Part shown: positions 47,741 through 58,225 of the stretch, piece after piece | Layout: the number at the start of each line of letters is the position of its first letter | Numbering within the stretch: the first letter of the stretch is position 1 | Assembly (NCBI GenBank): GCA_022843855.1 | Contig: JALHMV010000001.1 | Location: 2,780-66,779, forward strand | DNA: 64,000 nt | Direction of reading: 5' to 3' | Origin: Patescibacteria group bacterium | Lineage (GTDB): Bacteria; Patescibacteriota; UBA1384; 2-12-FULL-50-11 | Program-made: the position numbers and the translations under genes | Notes under the pieces: model-generated | Databases searched by the model: none | Seen by the model: only the letters and a program-made list of their open reading frames with translations | What the model was told of the DNA's origin: nothing

Positions 47741-48943
47741 ATGCTTGACCTCGACATTATCCGTAATCAACCCGACCTCGTTCGCCAATCAATCTCCAAG
47801 CGCGGCGGCAATACCGATCTAGTTGACGGGATTCTCGAACTCGATAAGCAGTGGCGCATTATTGTTGGGCAAGCTGAAGCCCTTCGACAGCAACGCAATA
47901 CCCTTACCCAGACCAAAGAGTCAGCTGAACAAAACGCGGCTTTGCTCAAGGAAATTAAGGAAAAGCTGAAAGTCGTCGAGGAAGAAGAGCGATCAATCGC
48001 GGCTCGCAGACTTGAAGCGTGGTCACTTGTTCCTCAGATCGTCGCCGATGACGTTCCTGTTGGCGCTGGCGAATCGGCCAACACCAGTATCAAGACCGTT
48101 GGGATGATTAGGCATAAACAAGGAGAGGCCCACGAAGAGCTGATGACTCGTCTTGATTGGCTGGATACCGAGACGGCAGCCTACGCGAGCGGCGCCAGGT
48201 TTCGCTATCTTAAGGGACCAGCCGCTCTCGCTCATATGAAGCTGATGCATCGTGCACTTGAGTTTGCGATCGAACGAGGCTTTCAGCCCGTTGTCCCACC
48301 GGTAATGGCCCGGGAAGAGATCTTTACTCACAGCGGCTACTTCCCGTTTGGTCGGGAAGACACTTTTGCCGTTGAGGACCGATTCTTGGTTGGTACTTCT
48401 GAGCCAATGCTCCTAGCGCTGGGTCACAACCGTACTTTTAGCGAGAGTGATCTGCCCCTACGTCTAGTCGGTTTTTCTTCCTGCTTTCGTCGCGAAGCAG
48501 GTTCGTACGGAAAAGATACTCGCGGTATGTTCCGGCAGCACCAGTTCGACAAAGTTGAGGTCGTATCGATCACCACACCAGAACGCTCCGAAGAAGAGCA
48601 CCAGTTTCTCCTTAGTCTCCAGGAAGAATTTACCGCCCAATTTGACGTGCCCTACCAAGTAGTTCTCATCGGAAGCGGTGATCTCGGAGCTCCGGCGAGG
48701 AAGAAATATGATATCGAGGCTTGGTACCCCAGCCAAGAAAAGTATCGAGAGACTCATTCAACGAGCAACTGCGGTGACTTTCAGGCTCGCGGGTTCAATA
48801 TAAAGTATCGTGGCAGTAACGGTCAGGAGCAGTACGCGCACAGCCTCAACGGAACGGTCGCCACCGAGCGCCTCCTCCTAGCGATTATAGAAAATAACCA
48901 AAAACCAGACGGATCGATCGAACTGCCGTCGCAACTCCGGTAG
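47741..48943 (+). CDS. serS: serine--tRNA ligase
   Basis: N-terminal coiled-coil arm, class II motif 2 FRREAGSYGKDTRGMFRQHQFDKVE and motif 3. Confidence 0.9.
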   Translation: MLDLDIIRNQPDLVRQSISKRGGNTDLVDGILELDKQWRIIVGQAEALRQQRNTLTQTKESAEQNAALLKEIKEKLKVVEEEERSIAARRLEAWSLVPQIVADDVPVGAGESANTSIKTVGMIRHKQGEAHEELMTRLDWLDTETAAYASGARFRYLKGPAALAHMKLMHRALEFAIERGFQPVVPPVMAREEIFTHSGYFPFGREDTFAVEDRFLVGTSEPMLLALGHNRTFSESDLPLRLVGFSSCFRREAGSYGKDTRGMFRQHQFDKVEVVSITTPERSEEEHQFLLSLQEEFTAQFDVPYQVVLIGSGDLGAPARKKYDIEAWYPSQEKYRETHSTSNCGDFQARGFNIKYRGSNGQEQYAHSLNGTVATERLLLAIIENNQKPDGSIELPSQLR

Positions 48944-48947
48944 AACG

Positions 48948-51536
48948 ATGTCGTTTTTGTCTCGTTTTCTTGGTGATCCAAATCAGCGTGAAGTTAGTAA
49001 ATATACTGCCATCGTGACGGCTGTCGCTGCTCACGAGCCAACGCTTGAGCAGAAAACGGACGCTCAACTGCGTCAACGATCATTAGAACTCAAAGCCGAG
49101 ATCAGTGCATCGGCTCGCGAGATTTGGGATGCGGCCCGACTTATCGAGGATCGACCCGAACGGAATAAAACGATTAAACGGGCGATTAACGAACTCCTTG
49201 AAGATTATCAACCTGAAGCGTTTGCGCTTGTTCGCGAAGCTTCGAAACGGACAATTGGCCTCCGTCATTACGACGTTCAGGTTATCGGTGGGGCAGTGTT
49301 GCACCAAGGTCAGATCGCCGAAATGAAAACCGGCGAAGGCAAGACCCTTGTTGCGAGTCTCGCCCTCTACCTCAACGCCCTGACGGGACTAGGAGCCCAT
49401 CTCGTCACCGTCAACGACTATCTAGCTCGTCGTGATGCAGGATGGATGGCACCGATCTTCGATTTCCTCGGCCTATCAGTTGGGGTAATTGGCCCGCAGT
49501 TCGCATATGTCTTTGACCATGAATTTGAGAATAAAGATGAAAACGACGATCGCCTCAAGCGTCTCCGGCCGGTTGTGAAGAAAGAGGCGTATCAGGCGGA
49601 TATTACCTACGGTACCAACAATGAGTTCGGCTTTGACTACCTACGCGACAACATGACGCAAGATGTCGCTCCGCTTGCTCAAAGAGAATTAGCATATGCT
49701 ATCGTCGATGAAGTTGACTCAATTCTGATCGACGAAGCCAGGACCCCGTTAATTATTTCGGCCGCATCTAACGAATCTGCCGAGCTGTACGCGCAGTTTG
49801 CAGCGTATGTGAAAAAGCTGAATCCCGATACTGACTACACAGTTGATGAAAAAGCGCGGACGGCCTCGCTGACTAGTGCTGGGATACAAAAGCTAGAGCG
49901 TCTTGCCGGCGTTGCAAATCTGTACGATCCGCAGAACGTTACGTTAGTTCACCATGCCGATGTCGCAGTTCGTGCCCGCGCCCTTTTCCAAAAGAACCGG
50001 GATTACGTCGTTAAGAACGGCGAGGTGATTATTGTTGACGAATTTACCGGTCGTATGTTGCCTGGTCGGCGGTACTCGGCTGGCTTACATCAGGCCATCG
50101 AGGCAAAGGAACAAGTTGCTGTTAAGGAAGAGTCAGTTACGTTGGCTACTGTTACATTTCAAAATCTCTTTCGTCTTTACTCCAAGCTCTCTGGCATGAC
50201 AGGAACGGCTACGACCGAGGCCGAGGAATTTTCAAAGATCTACGGCCTTGAGGTTGTGACTATCCCAACGAACCGACCGAACCAGCGTATCGATCGAGAA
50301 GACGCGATCTATAAGACAGAGGACGCTAAGTTCCGAGCGGTAGCGGCGCAGGTCAAAGAGCTGACAAAGACTGGGCAGCCGGTCCTGATTGGAACGGTAT
50401 CAGTTGCGAAGTCGGAGCGATTATCAAAGTTTCTCAAGAATCTTAGCGTCGAACACACGGTCTTAAACGCAAAATACCATCAGAAGGAAGGCGAGATCGT
50501 CGCGCAAGCCGGCCGACCTGGAGCCGTGACGGTTGCGACGAACATGGCTGGTCGAGGGGTTGATATCATTCTCGGCGGACAACCGCCGGCAAAAGCGGCG
50601 GGCGCTAAGGACGTAAAAGCGTGGGAGAAGGATCACCAGCGCGTTATTGAGCTGGGTGGTCTGTTTGTGATCGGTACCGAACGTCACGAGTCTCGTCGTA
50701 TCGACAATCAGTTGCGTGGCCGTGCTGCCCGTCAGGGCGATCCCGGTGTTAGCCAGTTCTACCTCTCAATGGAAGACGATCTTATGCGTATCTTCGGTGG
50801 CGAGAAGATGAAGAGCTTAATGGAGCGCCTAAATATCCCGGACGATATGGCGATTCATAACAAGCTGATGAGTCGAGCCGTGGAGCAAGCCCAAACCAAG
50901 GTTGAAGGGCACAACTTTGAAATTCGTAAACATCTTGTTGAGTACGACGACGTTATGAATAAACATCGCGAAGCGATCTATCGCAATCGCGAACGAGTTC
51001 TGCGAGCTAATAGCCCCGAACAGGCTGATGAGCTCCATAGCTCAATCGTTATGAGTATGACCGAAGAAGAACGATCCTCCTACGATAGCAAGGCTAACGA
51101 CTGGTCAGCAGAGCTTCGTTTTAGCGTCGAAAGAGCGGTTACGTTGCGGGCAATCGATGTGTTATGGGTTGAGCATCTTCGATCAATGGAAGAACTTCGC
51201 GACAGTATCGGTCTTCGCGCTCACGGGCAGCGGGACCCGTTGGTTGAGTATAAGCAGGAGGCCTACCGCCTGTTTGGTCTGTTGCAGGAAAATATTAATC
51301 GACAAATTCGTGAGATGCTGCTCCATGTGCAGATTGAGAACTCGCCACCGCCGCCGCCAGCTCCCACGGCAACGAAACTCTCAGCCAGCGATTCAGGCGA
51401 GTCAGCGGCTCCGGTAAATAAAACAAAGATCGGTCGCAACGACCCGTGCCCGTGCGGTGCCGTTAATCCCGAGACTCAGAAACCGTATAAATACAAGAAC
51501 TGTGGTTTAATCAACGCCGCTCATCATCGGGGCTGA
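48948..51536 (+). CDS. secA: preprotein translocase ATPase SecA
   Basis: MKTGEGKTLVA, DEVDSILIDEARTPLIIS, and the C-terminal zinc tail CPCGAVNPETQKPYKYKNC. Confidence 0.95.
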   Translation: MSFLSRFLGDPNQREVSKYTAIVTAVAAHEPTLEQKTDAQLRQRSLELKAEISASAREIWDAARLIEDRPERNKTIKRAINELLEDYQPEAFALVREASKRTIGLRHYDVQVIGGAVLHQGQIAEMKTGEGKTLVASLALYLNALTGLGAHLVTVNDYLARRDAGWMAPIFDFLGLSVGVIGPQFAYVFDHEFENKDENDDRLKRLRPVVKKEAYQADITYGTNNEFGFDYLRDNMTQDVAPLAQRELAYAIVDEVDSILIDEARTPLIISAASNESAELYAQFAAYVKKLNPDTDYTVDEKARTASLTSAGIQKLERLAGVANLYDPQNVTLVHHADVAVRARALFQKNRDYVVKNGEVIIVDEFTGRMLPGRRYSAGLHQAIEAKEQVAVKEESVTLATVTFQNLFRLYSKLSGMTGTATTEAEEFSKIYGLEVVTIPTNRPNQRIDREDAIYKTEDAKFRAVAAQVKELTKTGQPVLIGTVSVAKSERLSKFLKNLSVEHTVLNAKYHQKEGEIVAQAGRPGAVTVATNMAGRGVDIILGGQPPAKAAGAKDVKAWEKDHQRVIELGGLFVIGTERHESRRIDNQLRGRAARQGDPGVSQFYLSMEDDLMRIFGGEKMKSLMERLNIPDDMAIHNKLMSRAVEQAQTKVEGHNFEIRKHLVEYDDVMNKHREAIYRNRERVLRANSPEQADELHSSIVMSMTEEERSSYDSKANDWSAELRFSVERAVTLRAIDVLWVEHLRSMEELRDSIGLRAHGQRDPLVEYKQEAYRLFGLLQENINRQIREMLLHVQIENSPPPPPAPTATKLSASDSGESAAPVNKTKIGRNDPCPCGAVNPETQKPYKYKNCGLINAAHHRG

Positions 51537-52342
51537 TGTCGAATATCGATCTCAAGGGGGCGTTTGATCGGGCGAAGCGTTTCCATTACGGTGGAAAAAT
51601 CGCCGAAGCGCTACCGCTGTATCAAGATATCGCTGCATTGTCTCAAGAAGAGGGGGATGTATCCCGGGCAGCGGCTGCGCTCCATATGGCTGGAGACGCT
51701 GTTCGCTTGACGATCAAACGATCAGAAGAGTCGAAGTTTCGTGTTGCCAGCGCCTACTTCGGTAAGGCATATGCGATGTATGGTTCGATTGATAGAAAAG
51801 ACCGTCAAGGTGCTGTCTTAAGAGACATCGCAATCACCGCTGACCGAGTCGGCTGGTCAGCGGTAGCGCTTGAATCGTTCCAGCGTAGCATTCAGTTTCT
51901 CGGGGAAGTTGAAGATACTGCCGAGCAAGCAGCCACTTACGATAAGCTTGGGCTGCATTTTACGCTTCATCGGCAGCCCGATACGGGACTGATGTACATG
52001 GATAAAGCACTCGAGCTTCTGCGGCAGACACCAACCCAAGGTTGGTATCGAGCCTCAACGCTCTTAGACCGGGCCGTCACGCACTTGGCTCTCAAGAACG
52101 TCGACCGATCGTTCGAGGACGCGGAGGAGGCGCTTGGGTGGTTTGCGGCAGATCACGACGATCTCACCTATGTTGTCTGTCAGGCGCAATGCACGGGTTT
52201 GATGGCATATGTGAGCGAAAGACGAAACGATAGCGACAACGTTCAAAAGTACACTAGAGAGTTGAAACGCTTGCTTCAGCAACCTGACGCTGAAGTCGCG
52301 GCCCATGTCGAGGCTGACTTAGAGCAGTGGGCTAGCCTCTGA
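51536..52342 (+). CDS. hypothetical TPR-like helical-repeat protein
   Basis: ATG overlaps the secA stop. Repeated helix-turn-helix segments with A/Y/L patterning. No family assigned. Confidence 0.4.
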   Translation: MSNIDLKGAFDRAKRFHYGGKIAEALPLYQDIAALSQEEGDVSRAAAALHMAGDAVRLTIKRSEESKFRVASAYFGKAYAMYGSIDRKDRQGAVLRDIAITADRVGWSAVALESFQRSIQFLGEVEDTAEQAATYDKLGLHFTLHRQPDTGLMYMDKALELLRQTPTQGWYRASTLLDRAVTHLALKNVDRSFEDAEEALGWFAADHDDLTYVVCQAQCTGLMAYVSERRNDSDNVQKYTRELKRLLQQPDAEVAAHVEADLEQWASL

Positions 52343-52391
52343 GCTGACGCTTTTTCTTCGGGGCGAGGCTTGATATGCTCGAACCACTGTC

Positions 52392-53144
52392 ATGACAGAT
52401 ATTTTGAATATCGGCTCGACGCTCCCAGCCGCTCCAACAGTCGTTGAGGCGCCTGATAAGGTGCCGTTAATCGAATTGCGACACGTTACGAAGCAATATA
52501 CCGCTAACGCCGCTCTGAAGGACGTCTCTATTTCTATAAGTGAGGGTGAGTTCGTTTGTTTGGTGGGCCAGAGCGGGGTAGGTAAGACAACGCTTATCAA
52601 ACTACTCACTCGCCAGGAGGCGCCGACGAGCGGTCAGATCTTCGTCGCCGGGCGCAACCTCGCCGATTTGCGTAACAGCGAAGTACCGTTCTATCGCCGC
52701 AAGATTGGGGTTATCTTTCAAGATTTCAAACTACTACCGCAAAAGACGGTGTGGGAAAATGTTGCCTTTGCGCTCGAAGTTTGTGGGGTGCCAGACGCGG
52801 AAATTAAGCGCCGCTGCGACAAGGTTATTGATTTAGTCGGCTTGGGCAGGAAGAAGAAGAGCTACCCCCACGAGCTGTCCGGCGGCGAACGCCAGCGTAC
52901 CGCGATCGCCCGAGCACTGGTTCACTCACCAAAAATCCTGATCGCCGACGAGCCAACTGGCAACCTTGACCCAATTAACACCTGGGAGATTGTCGAGCTG
53001 CTCTTTCGCATCAACTCACGCGGCACGACGGTTATTTTGGCCACTCACAACCGCCAAGTCGTTGATCGAATGCAGCGTCGGGTGATCTTGATGAAGTCGG
53101 GTAAGCTGATCTCTGATCAGAAGTCAGGAAAGTACGTAATTTAA
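52392..53144 (+). CDS. ftsE: cell division ATP-binding protein FtsE
   Basis: Walker A GQSGVGKTT, signature LSGGERQR and Walker B LIADEPTGNLD. Has an N-terminal extension of about 24 aa relative to typical FtsE, so the start is uncertain. Confidence 0.85.
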   Translation: MTDILNIGSTLPAAPTVVEAPDKVPLIELRHVTKQYTANAALKDVSISISEGEFVCLVGQSGVGKTTLIKLLTRQEAPTSGQIFVAGRNLADLRNSEVPFYRRKIGVIFQDFKLLPQKTVWENVAFALEVCGVPDAEIKRRCDKVIDLVGLGRKKKSYPHELSGGERQRTAIARALVHSPKILIADEPTGNLDPINTWEIVELLFRINSRGTTVILATHNRQVVDRMQRRVILMKSGKLISDQKSGKYVI

Positions 53145-54083
53145 ATGGAAACATTTATCCGCATTATCCGGCTTGGGTACAACAACTTCTGGCGCAACCG
53201 CTGGTTAACGCTCGGCGCGACCCTACTTATGGCTTTGACGCTAACGATGATTAGCGTTTCGTTGATTATCTCGTTCATCATTCGTGACACCGCCGACGCC
53301 GTTCGCTCGTCGATCAATCTTTCGGTTTACTTTCGCGACGACGCGATTACTCTTGAGAGTATCAAGGCCCTTCAGAACCGTATTGATTTGATACCCAATG
53401 TTGTCGCCACTGACTACATTGATAAGGAGGAAGCGCTTCAGATTTTTCAGCGCTTGCCCCTCAATAAAAATGTCAAGGAACCGATTACGAGCGAGTTTAA
53501 TCCGCTGCCGCGTAGTCTCGAGATTGAAACAAAGGACGTTGAACAGTTGGAGGCGACGGTTGCTGCCATTAGCCAAGCAGACTCTGACAAGATTATCTGT
53601 GACGAGTGCCTGTCGTATACAAAGAACAAAGAAATCGTCGATCGCTTAATTGCTAGTACTCGTACGGCTCAACAGGCAGGTTGGCTGTTGAGCATCTTCT
53701 TCGGCTTAATCGCAATCTTCAACGTCTATAATATTATCCGCCTGACCATCACTGCCCGATCTGACGAGATTGAAATTATGCGCTATGTCGGTGCGTCCAA
53801 CGCGTTCATACGAGGACCGTTTATCGTTGAAGGTATCTTTTACGGCTTACTTGGGACAGCGGCAACCACGCTGCTCGTTCCGCTCTTAGCGGCGATTATC
53901 TCGCAGTATCAGGGGGCGAGTGGTCTGACAACTTTGGGTAGTGCGGCCGGTGTGCTAAACACAAGCTTCTTCAATTATGTCATCGATCATCTCGGCAGTT
54001 TAGTGCTCACGCAGCTCGTTATTGGTGTGGTTCTTGGTGTATTGGTCAGTGCCATCTCGATCCGTCGGTACCTGCGTGCCTAA
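53145..54083 (+). CDS. ftsX: cell division permease-like protein FtsX
   Basis: Four TM helices with a large first periplasmic loop. Immediately after ftsE. Confidence 0.8.
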   Translation: METFIRIIRLGYNNFWRNRWLTLGATLLMALTLTMISVSLIISFIIRDTADAVRSSINLSVYFRDDAITLESIKALQNRIDLIPNVVATDYIDKEEALQIFQRLPLNKNVKEPITSEFNPLPRSLEIETKDVEQLEATVAAISQADSDKIICDECLSYTKNKEIVDRLIASTRTAQQAGWLLSIFFGLIAIFNVYNIIRLTITARSDEIEIMRYVGASNAFIRGPFIVEGIFYGLLGTAATTLLVPLLAAIISQYQGASGLTTLGSAAGVLNTSFFNYVIDHLGSLVLTQLVIGVVLGVLVSAISIRRYLRA

Positions 54084-54120
54084 TTCTTGTACGTTTTGTG
54101 TTTGACTAAAAGGTAAACCG

Positions 54121-55287
54121 TTGTTAGCGTTAGATGGCATGCTAAGCGGAGGGAGAGTCGTTCTACGAGCCCTATTAACTGTCGTCGCTATTGCGGCGCT
54201 CCTTGCTCCGTCGGCCGTCCAGGCGGAAACCCTTAGCGAACTTCTTGAGCAGCAGCGACGTCTTCAAGAAGAGCTCAAGCGAAAAGAGCAGCAGCTTAAG
54301 CAAAAACGAAACGAACAGACAAGTCTCCGAGGCGATATCGACGAGCTGGAGGCTGGCATTGAGCTAACTCTTTCGCGTATCAGCTCAACCGAAGAGCAGA
54401 TCGCCGTCGCTTCAGCTGTCATCGGTCAGCTATCGGAGGAAGTCACGGCCGAGCAACAGCAGCTCGATCTACTCAATTCCCGTCTCCGGAGCGCGTACGT
54501 TAGTCTCTATGAGCTCTCGCGAACCAGTAGCGCGGAGCGACTGGCGCAGGGGGACTCGGTCACCGACGTTGTCTCGCACGCCATGTATGTTCAGGCAATC
54601 CAGGATCAGCTTCAGTCAGACATCGCCAAATCAAGCGATGTGCTCACTGATCTAAGTAACAAGAAGGCTGAGAGCGAAAAGCAGAAGGCTGATCTTGATG
54701 CGCTCAAAACGCGCTTGGCGAGCGATAAAAGGTACCTTGACCGACAGCGCGGACAGAAGGAAACGTATCTGGCAGCTACTCGGCGAGACGAAGCAAAGCT
54801 TCAGGAGGATCTGAAGAAACTCGAGCAACAACGCGAGCAGCTCTCGGCTGATATATATGAAGCACGGCGTCGTATGGGCGGCGGTTCGACCGGTGGTACT
54901 GGTGGCTATCCCTACACTGGCTCGTGCGGCGGTGTTGATCCCTGGCTCTTTTACAAGTGCCAGTGTACGTCGTACGCAGCCTGGGCGTTTCTACGGGAGA
55001 CAGGCTTGGTTTTCTATAATACCCGGCCGGGCCAAGGGAGCGCCTGGAACTGGCCAGCGCTTGCACAGGACCAAGGCTATACCGTGTCAAGCTCGCCGCG
55101 TGTTGGGGATATTGTTTCGTGGCCGAAAGGAACCAATATGCCGTACGGACATGTTGCCATGGTGCGTGCAGTTCGGGGCAATCTAATCGATGTCGAAGAA
55201 TACAACTGGATTGCTCCCGAAGCGTACTCCTATCGACAGAACATCAACCCATTCGCCTACGGAACGCCGCGCTACATTCGACCGTAG
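54121..55287 (+). CDS. PcsB-like secreted coiled-coil protein with C-terminal CHAP amidase/peptidase domain
   Basis: Signal peptide. About 230 aa coiled coil (Q/E/L/K-rich). CHAP Cys (CQCTSYAAWAF) and His (YGHVAMV). Confidence 0.7.
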   Translation: MLALDGMLSGGRVVLRALLTVVAIAALLAPSAVQAETLSELLEQQRRLQEELKRKEQQLKQKRNEQTSLRGDIDELEAGIELTLSRISSTEEQIAVASAVIGQLSEEVTAEQQQLDLLNSRLRSAYVSLYELSRTSSAERLAQGDSVTDVVSHAMYVQAIQDQLQSDIAKSSDVLTDLSNKKAESEKQKADLDALKTRLASDKRYLDRQRGQKETYLAATRRDEAKLQEDLKKLEQQREQLSADIYEARRRMGGGSTGGTGGYPYTGSCGGVDPWLFYKCQCTSYAAWAFLRETGLVFYNTRPGQGSAWNWPALAQDQGYTVSSSPRVGDIVSWPKGTNMPYGHVAMVRAVRGNLIDVEEYNWIAPEAYSYRQNINPFAYGTPRYIRP

Positions 55288-55327
55288 TCTTCCGCTGACA
55301 ACTGTTACGATCTACAATTAACCGGCA

Positions 55328-55525
55328 ATGGACTTTGATCGACTCGTACTCTTCGGCTATGCAATCTTTTTGGCGGTCATGTTGGCGATTAACCTACTCT
55401 ACTTCTTTCAGATTTACCGATATCGCTTACCGGGCGATGCGTCGATCGGCATTCTGGTAATTCACATTATCCTCCTTCTCACGGTCATTGCTGGGACGAC
55501 GGTGTATATCGGAGCTATCAACTAA
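55328..55525 (+). CDS. small hypothetical membrane protein (65 aa)
   Basis: Two hydrophobic helices. Stop overlaps the start of the next gene. Confidence 0.3.
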   Translation: MDFDRLVLFGYAIFLAVMLAINLLYFFQIYRYRLPGDASIGILVIHIILLLTVIAGTTVYIGAIN

Positions 55526-56127
55526 TGCCGCATTTGATTGAGCAGAACATCGACACCAACGACGACGCCTTTTTATATCTCAATCTCCACGCTGACGAGA
55601 AGATTCATTATATTGTGCGACATCACTGGGCGGGCTTTTTAGGAACGTTAGGGTTGGTGCTCGGCATGGCTCTGGTACCGATTGTTTTGCTCTTTATTTC
55701 CGGGGCCCTGCTTGACGGCAGCCTTGAGGGTGCTGGGCCGATTGTCTTTCTCTTTATCTCTGGCTTCTTCGTCTTCTTATTGACGTTCCTGTTCGGCTCG
55801 TGGATCAACTACTACTACGACATCGTCTTTATTACCAATAAGCGCATTCTCAACGTCGACCAAAAAGGTCTGCTCTCGCGCGGCACCTCGGAATTGCCGA
55901 TGAAGCAGGTCCAAAACGTTAGCGCCCAAGTCGAAGGCTTTCTCCAGACGACGTTTAACTACGGAACGTTGGTAATCGAGACAGCCGGTGCTGGCACCAG
56001 CGACGACCCTAACCGACCCGGTCTCCAGGGCTACTTCACGATTCATGACTTGCCCGATCCCAATCGTTTAGCTCGAATCATTATCGAATTCCATCACCAG
56101 GCAGAAGCCGAGGATGATCCGAGCTAG
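55525..56127 (+). CDS. membrane protein with bacterial PH-like (bPH_2/YdbS-like) domain
   Basis: Two TM helices followed by a roughly 90 aa beta-rich domain (ILNVDQKGLLSRGTSELPMKQVQNV...GTLVIETAG). Confidence 0.5.
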   Translation: MPHLIEQNIDTNDDAFLYLNLHADEKIHYIVRHHWAGFLGTLGLVLGMALVPIVLLFISGALLDGSLEGAGPIVFLFISGFFVFLLTFLFGSWINYYYDIVFITNKRILNVDQKGLLSRGTSELPMKQVQNVSAQVEGFLQTTFNYGTLVIETAGAGTSDDPNRPGLQGYFTIHDLPDPNRLARIIIEFHHQAEAEDDPS

Positions 56128-58225
56128 GTGGCTACTTGCTTTCGGTCTTCTCTTTTTACCGACCCTTGCTCACGCTGACAATTTTCACGTACTGAATAAT
56201 CAAACAGTTTTTCAGAGTCGGGACCACGCCTATCGCGTCCGGAGCGTTACCAAACCGCTTCAGCGCGCCGAGCAAAGCGGGCTTGCTGGACCGTCGATAC
56301 AGATTGACCAGACCGTCTTTAGTTTTTTCGACGGTCAGCTTTTCAGGACGACTGATGGGCTACGCTACGACCCGATCGGTATCGGAGTCATCAGCCAGGC
56401 GACATTTACCAAGCGAGCGGAGAGTTACTTCTTAACCGGAATCCGTAACGGTCAGGTGGAGATTCGAATATTTATTGGGGGCACGTGGCACCTGCTCAGC
56501 GGTCCAGCTCTTCCATCCGCTTTTAGCGACGGCCAGCTTGGCAGTACTAATGGGAAGCTGACTCTGATCGTCTGGGAATCCGGGGAGCTAAAAGGATACC
56601 AGCTCGTAGGAACAGAGTGGCAGTTACGGTCAGCGGCACCGTGCACGGCCGCTACCACTTTTGTTGCAGAGCCGATTGTGGCTGCGTTTTGTACTGACAC
56701 GATAAGTTACCGTTTTGACGGCAATACATTTACCTCCCTTCTACCGGAGGCGTCGTCGTTGCGCTCTCACGGTTCACGACTATTGGTAGCCGGATCACCA
56801 ACTCAACCAAACCGGATCTTTCTCGTCACCACGCATGAGATAGATACGATCGAACTCGTTGCGCCGGAGCCGGTGAGCGCTTGGTATGTCGTGGGACTGC
56901 GGGTGCTGGCTGCTTTCCCAACAGCTGGTCTGTATGAATTACGTTGGCAGGTTGCCGACCCGACACTGATTCTGGTGACGCATCGCTTTACCGCTGTTGT
57001 TCCGATCAGTGGGATCGATGACGCTGTTGCAATCTCGGCGCATCCAGCCGGCTATTATTCAGAAGTCGTTGGCGCTTGGAACGTTGTCGCAACTGTCGGT
57101 GAGTTCAATCATGGACAACGAGTGTCGGGCGGTGTGTGGGTGTGGCAGACTAATCAGGCGCTGACAACGGGCGGCCTAGCTCAATTTCTCCCAACAGGTG
57201 CCGCGACGTTCGTAAAAGTTAACCCGTGGTCGTCAACAACGTCACCGGTTCAGAAGACGCATCTTGGCCAGCTGCCTGCGTATGTAAGCGTCATCACTAG
57301 CTCTGGTGCCGGTAACGTCAACCTCTATAGAAGCAACGACTATGTAACTTGGAGCCGTTTAACGCTGCCAACTGTCCCGACGTTTGTGCGTTCGATCGGT
57401 GAAGTGCGAACCTTGCCAGCCAGTAGTCTCGTTGAAACAAGCGGTACCGTTTCGGTGCCGGCGGGCATCGTCGGCGGTGATGTTCTTTACATCCAAGACG
57501 ACTCTGGTGGTATCCAAGTTTTCCTTTCGGCGAGTAAGGGGACTATGACTTGGGTGCCGCCGACGCACCTGCGCATCACCGGGGAAGTGAGCAGCAGCGC
57601 AACGAGTCGGATCGTTCTTGATGCCGCGGATGACGGGACGGCTCTGGGCACGGTCGATCCGGTTGTGCCGCGTCGGGTGGGGGTGGCTGAACTCGATCCT
57701 TTCCGCGGTCAGCTCGTCTCGATCGAGGACCGTGTCGTTGAGCTCGAGACGGACCGCCTATTACTTGGTGTTGATACGAAGGCGCATTTCGACCTCCTGG
57801 GCCAGAACATAAAGAATCTTTTTAGACTGGGCGACCGGATCGGGTTTTCGGCGATTGCGGACTGGAATACTAGTACAGACACAGTCGAGCTGTGGTACGC
57901 CGGGTTGGGTTATCAGGTTACAGACCGAGCACCGATTGCTGCGAAGACAACATCAAAAGCGACCGCCCAGAAGAAAACTTCATCCACAAAAACATCGTCA
58001 GCCGCCCCTGGGAAATCGGCCAGTGTTGCCGCGTCAATGAATGTCTCGCCCGCCAGAAAGGCGACGGTTCAACCGCTCGTCTTGGGGGCAGGGGAGCGGA
58101 GCGCACCGATCCAGTCACCTCCCCAAACAAGCCAGAGGTCCTCTTCGCTCGTTCTCGTTTTTCTCGGAGCAATTACGGGAATGTTGGCCGTTCAAGGGCG
58201 GCGTTTTCGACCCCTAACCAGATGA
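56114..58225 (+). CDS. large secreted/cell-surface protein (703 aa) with Ser/Thr/Ala-rich stalk and C-terminal hydrophobic-RR tail
   Basis: Signal peptide MIRARWLLAFGLLFLPTLAHA. Beta-rich body. The C-terminus reads ...KTSSTKTSSAAPGKS...SSLVLVFLGAITGMLAVQGRRFRPLTR. Confidence 0.45.
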   Translation: MIRARWLLAFGLLFLPTLAHADNFHVLNNQTVFQSRDHAYRVRSVTKPLQRAEQSGLAGPSIQIDQTVFSFFDGQLFRTTDGLRYDPIGIGVISQATFTKRAESYFLTGIRNGQVEIRIFIGGTWHLLSGPALPSAFSDGQLGSTNGKLTLIVWESGELKGYQLVGTEWQLRSAAPCTAATTFVAEPIVAAFCTDTISYRFDGNTFTSLLPEASSLRSHGSRLLVAGSPTQPNRIFLVTTHEIDTIELVAPEPVSAWYVVGLRVLAAFPTAGLYELRWQVADPTLILVTHRFTAVVPISGIDDAVAISAHPAGYYSEVVGAWNVVATVGEFNHGQRVSGGVWVWQTNQALTTGGLAQFLPTGAATFVKVNPWSSTTSPVQKTHLGQLPAYVSVITSSGAGNVNLYRSNDYVTWSRLTLPTVPTFVRSIGEVRTLPASSLVETSGTVSVPAGIVGGDVLYIQDDSGGIQVFLSASKGTMTWVPPTHLRITGEVSSSATSRIVLDAADDGTALGTVDPVVPRRVGVAELDPFRGQLVSIEDRVVELETDRLLLGVDTKAHFDLLGQNIKNLFRLGDRIGFSAIADWNTSTDTVELWYAGLGYQVTDRAPIAAKTTSKATAQKKTSSTKTSSAAPGKSASVAASMNVSPARKATVQPLVLGAGERSAPIQSPPQTSQRSSSLVLVFLGAITGMLAVQGRRFRPLTR

